A stretch of DNA of 40,000 nt from Salmonella phage SP1a: the sequence record MF774688.1. One strand, written 5' to 3'. Under the pieces are notes generated by a model that saw only the letters and a list, made by a program, of their open reading frames with translations, had not been told where the DNA came from and searched no databases. A program made the position numbers and the translations under genes. Shown here piece after piece: positions 9,863 through 16,852 of the stretch. Position 1 is the stretch's first letter, and each line of letters begins with the position of its first letter.

Positions 9863-10501
9863 ATGACTACTCGTATTTCTAAAACTCGCGCTCTAGCAAC
9901 TATCAAATCTCTGGAAGCTAAAATCCGTAAAGCTACTGAACAGCAACTTCTGATAGCTGTTGGTGAAGGTAAGGATAAAAACCAGGTTGTAGTTGGCGCT
10001 GCAATCGAAGTAGCTGATCTGTCTACTCGTATTAAGACTGATTTCCAGTCTCTGCTGGATATGATGTCCCAGCGTGATCGTATCAAAGCTGCTCTGATTA
10101 AAAGCAATGCGGAAACAATCGTTGAGATTGGCTCTCGTAAGATGACTGTTGCGGAAGCAATTGAAGCTAAGCGTTCTATGGAACTTAAAGCTCAACTGCT
10201 GGCTAACATGCGTAAGCAGTTCCATGCCGCTACGGTTAAGTTTAATACGCAGAAAGCACAGTTTGATGCTAAATACGAGCGTTTGCAGGATAGCATGGCT
10301 ACCCGTGATAAGAAAACTTCCGAAGATGAAGTTAAAATGCAGCTCAACCTGCTAGAACTCAAGAATACTCCATTCTTGATTGATCCGCTGGAACTGGAAA
10401 AGCTGATTAAGCAGCATGACGAGGAATATCAGGACTTTGCAACAAATGTTGACTTTGTTCTGTCCGAGTCTAACGCCTCTACCTTCATTGAAGTAGAGTA
10501 A
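9863..10501 (+). CDS. Coiled-coil hypothetical protein
   Basis: ORF with RBS AAGGAAG. Confidence 0.75.
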   Translation: MTTRISKTRALATIKSLEAKIRKATEQQLLIAVGEGKDKNQVVVGAAIEVADLSTRIKTDFQSLLDMMSQRDRIKAALIKSNAETIVEIGSRKMTVAEAIEAKRSMELKAQLLANMRKQFHAATVKFNTQKAQFDAKYERLQDSMATRDKKTSEDEVKMQLNLLELKNTPFLIDPLELEKLIKQHDEEYQDFATNVDFVLSESNASTFIEVE

Positions 10502-10504
10502 TAA

Positions 10505-10860
10505 TTTAAAAGCTAGTAAATCGGTAGACGAAAGCCCAAGCATCTTACCTCGCAGCAGCGGTTGAAATACGAGGTTAAATAAGACCGCTGACCATACTAT
10601 AAAGTATAATCTATTGGAGATTATGTTTATTACATCAGACATTTAATCTGACACGTAAAAACAAAGCGTCGTTGATATTACCGACACAACTTCAAAGATC
10701 AACATTTAAGTATGAAAGCTGAAAAGTTTAAAGAACTCAAACGTCTAAACTTCTAAAGCTAAAAGATGCAAAGTATTCGTTGCTGATTCAAACCCTAGAT
10801 CAAAGGTACATGGCTCATAAGATATGGCCTGTGGCGCCTCTAGGCTGTTTATCGGTTTAC
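10505..10860 (+). ncRNA. Candidate structured non-coding region containing an H-type pseudoknot
   Basis: No supported ORF; interleaved helices 10547-10552/10570-10575 and 10556-10562/10584-10590 plus ATACT-ATAA-AGTAT and TCAGA/TCTGA hairpins. Confidence 0.45.
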
Positions 10861-10884
10861 TAGTTTCACAATTTAAAAATGTAT

Positions 10885-10913
10885 TTGCTAATTTACTAAG
10901 TTATCTGTATAAT
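10885..10913 (+). promoter_or_regulatory. Promoter TTGCTA-17-TATAAT
   Basis: Sequence match. Confidence 0.85.
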
Positions 10914-10943
10914 ATATTTTTAAATTGATGAAACGAGGCTATT

Positions 10944-11261
10944 ATGACTTTTCATATTTTGATTGATGATGTGCGTAATCTTCACGGAATGGACATTATC
11001 ATTCGAACCCCAGAAGCCGCTGTAGAGTTTCTGAATAAAACTGATACCACAGGCCATTTCGTTTATATGGATAATGACTTGGCTGTAGATGGTATGGAAG
11101 GTTATCAAATTCTTCGTTTACTCTTAGAATTTGGGCAGAGACCAAAGAAAGTGGTACTAGTAACCTCGAACCCAGTAGCTAAGCAAACTATGCGTAATGA
11201 TTTGCTTGACTTAGGGTATAAAGAAAACCCCAATCGTGTTGAATATGATTGGCAGGAGTAA
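10944..11261 (+). CDS. Receiver-like (cREC, cyclic-phosphate-processing-associated) domain protein
   Basis: ILIDDVRNLHGMDIIIRTPEAAVEFL...VYMDNDLAVDGMEGYQILRLLL. Confidence 0.65.
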   Translation: MTFHILIDDVRNLHGMDIIIRTPEAAVEFLNKTDTTGHFVYMDNDLAVDGMEGYQILRLLLEFGQRPKKVVLVTSNPVAKQTMRNDLLDLGYKENPNRVEYDWQE

Positions 11262-11266
11262 AAAGA

Positions 11267-11716
11267 ATGAAGGCAGCTTTGCTTTTAGTAGCTGCCCTTA
11301 CCTTCAGCTTTAGTAGTCAGGCATCGCACGATGCAAAAGAGATAGATTGCATTGCTAAAAATATCTATTTCGAAAGTCGTGGTGAGGGCATAAAGGGAAT
11401 GACGGCGATTGCACATGTTACTAAAAACCGTGTAAACTCCGGTAAATTCCCAGATTCCTACTGTAAAGTAGTATATCAGTCTAACCAGTTCTCTTGGGTA
11501 TCTAAGAGACCAAAAGTTGATAAAACTGATGAGGCTTGGCAAACCGCTAAGAATTTAGCTAGAGTGATATACTACGTTGATTTACCACAAGATCCTACAC
11601 ATGGAGCACTATACTTCCATAGTGGTAAAGATAAACCCTACTGGACAAAGAAATTTAAGAAAACAACTAAGATTAAGGGACATACATTCTATAAACCTGT
11701 TGTCACTAAAACTTAA
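11267..11716 (+). CDS. SleB-like cell wall hydrolase with signal peptide
   Basis: MKAALLLVAALTFSFSSQASHDAKEIDCIAKNIYFESRGEGIKGMTAIAHVTKNRV. Confidence 0.85.
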   Translation: MKAALLLVAALTFSFSSQASHDAKEIDCIAKNIYFESRGEGIKGMTAIAHVTKNRVNSGKFPDSYCKVVYQSNQFSWVSKRPKVDKTDEAWQTAKNLARVIYYVDLPQDPTHGALYFHSGKDKPYWTKKFKKTTKIKGHTFYKPVVTKT

Positions 11717-11727
11717 AAATTTACTTG

Positions 11728-11756
11728 CTTAACTACTTAAATTTCTGTATAATACT
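11728..11756 (+). promoter_or_regulatory. Promoter TTGCTT-17-TATAAT
   Basis: Sequence match. Confidence 0.85.
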
Positions 11757-11784
11757 TCCATAAATTAATGAGAGGAAGCGAAAT

Positions 11785-11955
11785 ATGAAATCAGTTGTAA
11801 TTATTGGTGTTAACACTCGCGGTATTCGTACTACGAAAACTGTTAAAACTTCTAACGTTGCTGAGATCACTACGAACCCTAAAAAGTTTGATTTCGCCAA
11901 AGTCTCAGCAGTTATGACAGAACAATCTTTTAACCAAGCGTTAGGAATGAAATAA
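11785..11955 (+). CDS. Small ORF (56 aa), absent from supplied track
   Basis: MKSVVIIGVNTRGIRTTKTVKTSNVAEITTNPKKFDFAKVSAVMTEQSFNQALGMK; RBS GAGAGGAAG; TAATG overlap with next gene. Confidence 0.75.
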   Translation: MKSVVIIGVNTRGIRTTKTVKTSNVAEITTNPKKFDFAKVSAVMTEQSFNQALGMK

Positions 11956-12398
11956 TGGAAGAGAATATTTTAGATGTTTTGCGTAGAGCTTTGCAGGATT
12001 CTAAGTTTAATGGTTCTGATAAAGAAGTTGCTAAAAGCTATCAGACCATAATCGGGGATCTTCAGCGTATTGATAAAGATTTCATCACTTCTGAACAATT
12101 TGTGTCTTATCTCAAAGCTCAACTAAAAAGCATTAACCAGATGAAAGCTAAACTTCATGGTCAAGATCTTGATAGTTATAGCTTGCAGTCCGCTCAGTAT
12201 GAATACATTCTAAATAAGTGGTTGCAGGAGTATCTGCCCCCTCAGTTATCTGATACTGAGATTCGTAAATACTTTGCAGAATTAGTTAAGCTAAACCCTG
12301 GAATTACAAAAGGTACGCTGATGAAAGCGATTAAGGAAGAATTTCCTGGACGTTATGACGGTAAAACAACTGCTTTGATTGCTAGTGAATTTTTCTAA
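11955..12398 (+). CDS. YqeY-like (GatB/YqeY) domain protein
   Basis: YEYILNKWLQEYLPPQLSDTEIRKYFAELV...KGTLMKAIKEEFPGRYDGKTTALI. Confidence 0.75.
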   Translation: MEENILDVLRRALQDSKFNGSDKEVAKSYQTIIGDLQRIDKDFITSEQFVSYLKAQLKSINQMKAKLHGQDLDSYSLQSAQYEYILNKWLQEYLPPQLSDTEIRKYFAELVKLNPGITKGTLMKAIKEEFPGRYDGKTTALIASEFF

Positions 12399-12406
12399 AA
12401 ATTCAT

Positions 12407-12435
12407 TTGCTAAATGCTTATAAATTCTGTATAAT
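12407..12435 (+). promoter_or_regulatory. Promoter TTGCTA-17-TATAAT heading the long non-coding interval
   Basis: Sequence match; no ORF directly downstream. Confidence 0.85.
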
Positions 12436-12659
12436 ATATTCATAAATTAGGGAACAGCGAGCCGATTACGCTGAGTGCAGAGTCCCAACCGGAGCGCATT
12501 GAATAGAGTCGGTGGGTTAGTTGTAAAACTAGTACACAGGGGGCGGCAATCCCGGTTAGTGGCTAGAACGTGTAAAATGAGGCGTCTGAAACCTCTCCCT
12601 TAAACTCTTCTCTGATTTATAAATAGTGGGGTGTGGAAATCACTTATGTAGTAACACTG

Positions 12660-12730
12660 CCGTCCTAGTATAATTGGTATTATCAAGCCGTAACTGGTGG
12701 AAGATGTAGGTTCGAATCCTACGGTCGGTA
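12660..12730 (+). tRNA. tRNA-like element, anticodon arm not foldable; possible pseudo-tRNA
   Basis: GCCGTCC/GGTCGGT acceptor with one mismatch, GTATAATTGGTATTAT D-arm, canonical T-arm GTAGG-TTCGAAT-CCTAC, no encoded CCA. Confidence 0.45.
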
Positions 12731-13191
12731 AGAACTGGATAACTGATGCTTTTAACGTAAAAGCTTCCGAGGTTAGTTGCGCACTGCCTAAACCACGCGG
12801 TAGTTGGTTCCAGACTAACCAACCAGTCTGCTGAATAGTTTTATTACGATTTAACTATGTCCAGGCTAAAGAAGAACTTTAGAAGGTATTCTAGGATAGT
12901 GAAGTTCTTTCTCCATATCGGAGTAGTTTTTCAAGCTATCCACAAAGTGGGAAATGCTGATATGAGAGATGTCACTAATGGTGCACAATAGCACAGGTAA
13001 TTCGCGATAACTCCTGTTGAGTAGCAGCAAAAGGCGGGAAGTCATGACCCTAAGCCTAACCGAGTCCTCAATATACCGCAGGACATAACCACTAAGTCAC
13101 CCTGACTTAAACTGGAAAATAATAGACGTTACCGTATTTTGTCTTGAAATACTTAATGAGTGAGACTTATGACTCTCCCGGTATCGTCTGT

Positions 13192-13225
13192 ATTTTTAAG
13201 AGTTTTTACGAGAGTTCTTAAAAAT
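13192..13225 (+). repeat. Inverted repeat ATTTTTAAGA / TCTTAAAAAT
   Basis: 10 perfect bp, loop 14 nt, extendable by two pairs, immediately upstream of the T5orf172-like gene. Confidence 0.8.
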
Positions 13226-13239
13226 ATCGACACAGGAAT

Positions 13240-13806
13240 ATGTATATGAGAGATAACTCCTATGACACAGAACAAATAACTAAAGCCATTAATTTAGGGC
13301 TGATCCCGAAATGTAATGAATGGTTCAAAATTACTTACATTTTAGTAAATCAAGTGGCTTTACTAAAAATAGAAGATAAACTAGCATTCTCAAAACTAAA
13401 ACCAAGTAAACAAAAAAGTTTACTGCGACAATATTTCAGACTAGCAGCTATCAACCTATTAAAATATCGTGATTGTACGGTGGTTAGCAAGTTAAGGTCT
13501 AGGGAAGGTTTTGTCTACATAATGCAAGATTCCAAATGTCCTGAGTTTATAAAAGTAGGTAAGTCCATAGAACCTGCTCGCAGGTTAGAAGAAGCAAATT
13601 GTTTCTCACCAGAAAAATCCTTCAGGATACTCAGATGGTTCTTCTGTGAAGATGCTTATTCAGTAGAGAACTTAGTGCATAGAACATTTAAAGACTCCAA
13701 CACCACAGGAGAATGGTTTAAACTAAATCCTTCACTTGTGGAAGAACTAATTAAAACCCAGATTCATGCTCCGTTGGCCAAATTGGATAAGGCAAGATCG
13801 TTCTAA
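13240..13806 (+). CDS. T5orf172-domain (GIY-YIG-related) protein
   Basis: GFVYIMQDSKCPEFIKVGKSIEPARRLEEANCFSPEKSFRILRWFFCEDAYSVENLVHRTFKD...GEWF. Confidence 0.85.
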   Translation: MYMRDNSYDTEQITKAINLGLIPKCNEWFKITYILVNQVALLKIEDKLAFSKLKPSKQKSLLRQYFRLAAINLLKYRDCTVVSKLRSREGFVYIMQDSKCPEFIKVGKSIEPARRLEEANCFSPEKSFRILRWFFCEDAYSVENLVHRTFKDSNTTGEWFKLNPSLVEELIKTQIHAPLAKLDKARSF

Positions 13807-13844
13807 GTTCTTGATTAGGGGTTCGAATCCCTTACGGAGTACCA
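13768..13844 (+). tRNA. tRNA-Arg(UCU), CCA encoded
   Basis: GCTCCGT/ACGGAGT acceptor, anticodon loop GTTCTAA, T-arm AGGGG-TTCGAAT-CCCTT; one U-U mismatch in anticodon stem. Confidence 0.85.
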
Positions 13845-13880
13845 ATTTTCATTCATCATAACCAAAAGCAAAGGAACTAT

Positions 13881-14831
13881 ATGTTTAGCAAAAACAAATC
13901 TGACAAGCCGTTGACCTCCGAACAAAAGAACATTCGCGCTGTTAAGCGCATCGTAGTTGGTGCCGCAGTTGGCTTGGTAGGCTTAGTTCTAGCTCTTAAC
14001 TCCTATACCATTGTTTCTGATGGTACGGTTAAAACCCAAACATTCCTGGGTAAAGTAGATCCTAATCCAGTATTGCCTGGTTTCCATCTTGTAAACCCGT
14101 TTGCATCTTTCGATACTTTTAGTACAAAAGATATTGCTCTAAAATTAGATAAACTTCAGGTTCCTAGTCAGGATAAGTTTAAATCCACTGTTGACCTGAC
14201 TGTTATGTTGCAGTTTGATGGTTCTAAGGCACCGATTAACCGTATTAACGCAGGTACTCAGGATCAAGCGTTAGACAAATATGTAACTGAAAAATTATTG
14301 TCCACTATTCGTGAGTTTGGTAAGTCTGTGCCTAAAGCACAAGATTTGTTTGATGCTAAAATTCAGGCTCAGTTGCAAACTGCAATTCAACAGGAAGTTG
14401 AAGAGTATGCACGCCCATATGGTTACACAGTTAAGCAGGTATTTCTTCAGGATATTACTTTGCCACCGGTAATCATGGAACAGGTACAGAATACCAAAGT
14501 TCGTGAAGAGCAAGTTAATGCTGCTAAAGCTGAACTGGCTCGCGTTGAACAAGAAGCACAGCAGAAGGTTAAACAAGCAGAAGCAGATCGTGAAGCTCGC
14601 AACAACCAAGCTATTGCCAATGAACGTGACGCAGATGCTAAACTGTACGCAGCTAAGAAAGAAGCTGAAGCTAACGCCGCATTGCAACGTACCATTACTC
14701 CTGAGATGATTCGCTGGAAGCAACTGGAAGTTGAAATGATTCGTGCTCAGAAATACCAAGGTGGTGTACCGCAGACTGTGGTTGGCACTGGCTATGATGG
14801 CCAAATGATTATGGATATGCGTAATAAATAA
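13881..14831 (+). CDS. SPFH/Band-7 (prohibitin/HflC-like) membrane protein
   Basis: N-terminal TM, SYTIVSDGTVKTQTFLGKV...PGFHLVNPFASFDTFS, Ala/Glu-rich coiled coil. Confidence 0.88.
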   Translation: MFSKNKSDKPLTSEQKNIRAVKRIVVGAAVGLVGLVLALNSYTIVSDGTVKTQTFLGKVDPNPVLPGFHLVNPFASFDTFSTKDIALKLDKLQVPSQDKFKSTVDLTVMLQFDGSKAPINRINAGTQDQALDKYVTEKLLSTIREFGKSVPKAQDLFDAKIQAQLQTAIQQEVEEYARPYGYTVKQVFLQDITLPPVIMEQVQNTKVREEQVNAAKAELARVEQEAQQKVKQAEADREARNNQAIANERDADAKLYAAKKEAEANAALQRTITPEMIRWKQLEVEMIRAQKYQGGVPQTVVGTGYDGQMIMDMRNK

Positions 14832-14855
14832 TATCCGCACGTAACATCTGGAGTA

Positions 14856-14889
14856 AGCCCTGCGTTCCCTGGAGAGCGCAGGGCTTTTC
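14856..14889 (+). terminator. Intrinsic terminator
   Basis: GCCCTGCG...CGCAGGGCTTTTC. Confidence 0.85.
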
Positions 14890-14904
14890 TGTATTTAAGA
14901 TAAA

Positions 14905-14942
14905 AGAAAAGCCCCTAAGTCTTTCGACTAGGGGCTTTATTG
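14905..14942. terminator. Second terminator hairpin, probably bidirectional between converging units
   Basis: AAAGCCCCTAaGTC-tttc-GACTAGGGGCTTTATT. Confidence 0.8.
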
Positions 14943-14951
14943 TTTGGTTCT

Positions 14952-15146
14952 TTAGAACCATATACTCTTATTACAGCAACCACCCATACGGGAGGCCAAT
15001 CTTGACTGAAAATCTACTCTAGGGGGCAGGATAAGAGTAGGCTTAAAGGCAAACGGATTGAACGCCGGTATTTGCGTAAACATTGCTGGAGAGCAACAAC
15101 GTGCTACAGGCATTGGGCAGCACGAAACAGATTTTCTGCAACACAT
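14952..15146 (-). CDS. 64-aa Cys-rich protein
   Basis: TAAGGAGGAAAT-ATG Shine-Dalgarno on minus strand; MCCRKSVSCCPMPVARCCSPAMF...GGCCNKSIWF. Confidence 0.8.
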   Translation of the reverse strand: MCCRKSVSCCPMPVARCCSPAMFTQIPAFNPFAFKPTLILPPRVDFQSRLASRMGGCCNKSIWF

Positions 15147-15155
15147 ATTTCCTCC

Positions 15156-15572
15156 TTAGGAGTTACTACCCCCATTTTGAGCTTTTGCAACTTGGCTTTG
15201 GCAGAAGCTATTAAACTTACCCATAAGTGATACAAGCTGTTTCCCATCCTCTGTCTTTGCGAAGTCTTCGAAAAGGGCTAGTACTGCCTGTCCTTCCGCA
15301 GAAACCTGCGGTTGTTGGGTTTGTTGCTGAACTTGCTGCTGAGGCACCTGTTGCTGCATTTGTTGAGGCATTTGCGACTGCCCGCTCATTTGCTGCATCA
15401 TTTGCATAGGACTCACACTTCCAGGGTTTTGCTGGAGTTGTTGCTGCATCTGTTGCGCTTCTGCTAAACGCTGTTGCAACTGTTGTAAGTAGGGGTTATC
15501 CAGACCCGGAATGGGCTGCTGGGAGCCCATACTTTGATTAAGTCCGTTATTTACAAAACCATATTTACTCAT
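15156..15572 (-). CDS. Gln/Met-rich protein
   Basis: GGAGGAG RBS on minus strand; low-complexity Q-rich centre and folded-looking C-terminus. Confidence 0.85.
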   Translation of the reverse strand: MSKYGFVNNGLNQSMGSQQPIPGLDNPYLQQLQQRLAEAQQMQQQLQQNPGSVSPMQMMQQMSGQSQMPQQMQQQVPQQQVQQQTQQPQVSAEGQAVLALFEDFAKTEDGKQLVSLMGKFNSFCQSQVAKAQNGGSNS

Positions 15573-15593
15573 AATGGGCTCCTCCCCTTAATA

Positions 15594-16586
15594 TTAAGCC
15601 GGCAGTTTAGCCTGCAGACCAGCCAGAGTCTGAGTGATAGCACCAAGACTTAAAGCGATTTGATTAATTACCTGACCGTTAGCACCGCTACCCGCAGAGA
15701 TTGCTTCACGTAGGCGACATGCGTCTAACTCATCCTGGATACGCGCAGTAGTTACACCAGCGATCGCAGTCTGAAGTTCACAGCAACATTCAGCGATCTG
15801 ACGTTCCAGAGAGTTCTGGTTAGCACACATCTGAGCCTGAACAGCGGCAAACTGGTTATTAGTTTGTAAAGTCTGCTGGAAAGCGATCTGTGCAGAATCA
15901 AACTTATCTTGTGCACGAGCTATCTGGTTAGCTGCGAAAGATTGATCAATCTGGCGAGAAAGATCGAGCTGACCCTGAATAACGTTGCGAGTTTCCTGGC
16001 AGATCTGATTAGACAGATTAGCACCTGTACCGTAGATCGTAGTTAGTACAGACTGAGTATCACGGCTCTGGTTTTGGGTTGTCTGGCTAAAACCATTGTT
16101 AACTGCGCTTAAAACAGCTCCAGTACCCTGGTTAGCTTCTGTACGAGTAGTGTTAATAGCTGCTAGAATACTAGCGGTATCTTGGTTCTGAAGTACTGCA
16201 TCAACTGCGGTACCATCACCAACTACACCACGTCCACCGAATCCACCGAAACCACCGAATCCGCCTGTTAATAGAGCACCGATTAGGATAGCTCCGAATA
16301 GTCCCATACCTTCACCACCGAAAGCACCTGCGTTTGCTGGGTAACCACCCAGTAGGCCAGGGAGGCCACTAGTAAATACGTTTACTGGTTCTTGCATTTT
16401 ATGTTTTCCATATTTATGACAATGTTCATCATCGTCATCTTCATCGTCTTCATCATCGTGTTCACGATGTTTTTCTTCGTAGGCTCTGACCTTCTCCCAC
16501 TTTTTCTTATCTGATTCCTCGTGACGGTGCAGTTCTGCTGCAACGCTAGCGACGGTCTCAGGACTCTTAGCTACTTCTTCTGTCAT
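15594..16586 (-). CDS. Gly-rich / long-helical protein with CCCEL cluster; start revised to MTEEVAKSP
   Basis: Minus-strand AGGAGGTG-tcaaaaa-ATG; body GFGGFGGFGG...QMCANQNSLERQIAECCCELQTAI. Confidence 0.88.
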   Translation of the reverse strand: MTEEVAKSPETVASVAAELHRHEESDKKKWEKVRAYEEKHREHDDEDDEDDDDEHCHKYGKHKMQEPVNVFTSGLPGLLGGYPANAGAFGGEGMGLFGAILIGALLTGGFGGFGGFGGRGVVGDGTAVDAVLQNQDTASILAAINTTRTEANQGTGAVLSAVNNGFSQTTQNQSRDTQSVLTTIYGTGANLSNQICQETRNVIQGQLDLSRQIDQSFAANQIARAQDKFDSAQIAFQQTLQTNNQFAAVQAQMCANQNSLERQIAECCCELQTAIAGVTTARIQDELDACRLREAISAGSGANGQVINQIALSLGAITQTLAGLQAKLPA

Positions 16587-16648
16587 TTTTTGACACCTCC
16601 TAGTATATAGAAAATGTGTGTCTCTTTGATCACTCATCCATAACATAT

Positions 16649-16677
16649 ACTTTACACTACCCCCGCGAAAATGTCAA
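16649..16677 (-). promoter_or_regulatory. Minus-strand promoter TTGACA-17-TAAAGT
   Basis: Complement of 16649-16677; consensus -35 unlike the TTGCTN family. Confidence 0.7.
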
Positions 16678-16793
16678 GGGGTCTTTAAAAATTGCCCCCG
16701 GATTTTTAGTGGGGTCACAAATTTTGGTCCTCCCCACTTATCTGCTACCCTTAAGTGCCCTATGATTTTCCTCTAAAAAGTTAAAAAATTTGA

Positions 16794-16822
16794 TTGCTTG
16801 AATGCTAAATTCTCTGTATAAT
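16794..16822 (+). promoter_or_regulatory. Promoter TTGCTT-17-TATAAT
   Basis: Sequence match. Confidence 0.85.
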
Positions 16823-16852
16823 ATATCTATAAATTTGAGAGAGGAACCAAAT

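Larger units (their letters stand above)
12445..13230 (+). ncRNA. Candidate large structured RNA(s)
   Basis: About 780 nt with no credible ORF, own promoter and many local and long-range helices (see findings). Confidence 0.5.

Noticed and set aside
12640-12822. Minus-strand 60-aa ORF in the non-coding interval
   Set aside because: TDRRIRTYIFHQLR is antisense of the tRNA-like element; no ribosome-binding site.
12445-13230. RNase P RNA, tmRNA or 6S RNA homologue
   Set aside because: No recognisable universally conserved motifs (e.g. no tmRNA tag ORF with an alanyl tRNA-like 3' end, no RNase P core sequences); left as unassigned.
14295-14840. Minus-strand ORFs opposite the SPFH gene (and 14447..14695)
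   Set aside because: Fully antisense to a well-supported coding sequence; codon-bias artefact.
15227-15409. Plus-strand ORF opposite the Q-rich gene
   Set aside because: Antisense of a CAG/CAA-rich gene with strong RBS on the other strand.
15227-15560. CTG/TTG-rich stretch as a DNA repeat element
   Set aside because: Explained as codon repetition (CAG/CAA Gln) of the minus-strand gene rather than an independent repeat.
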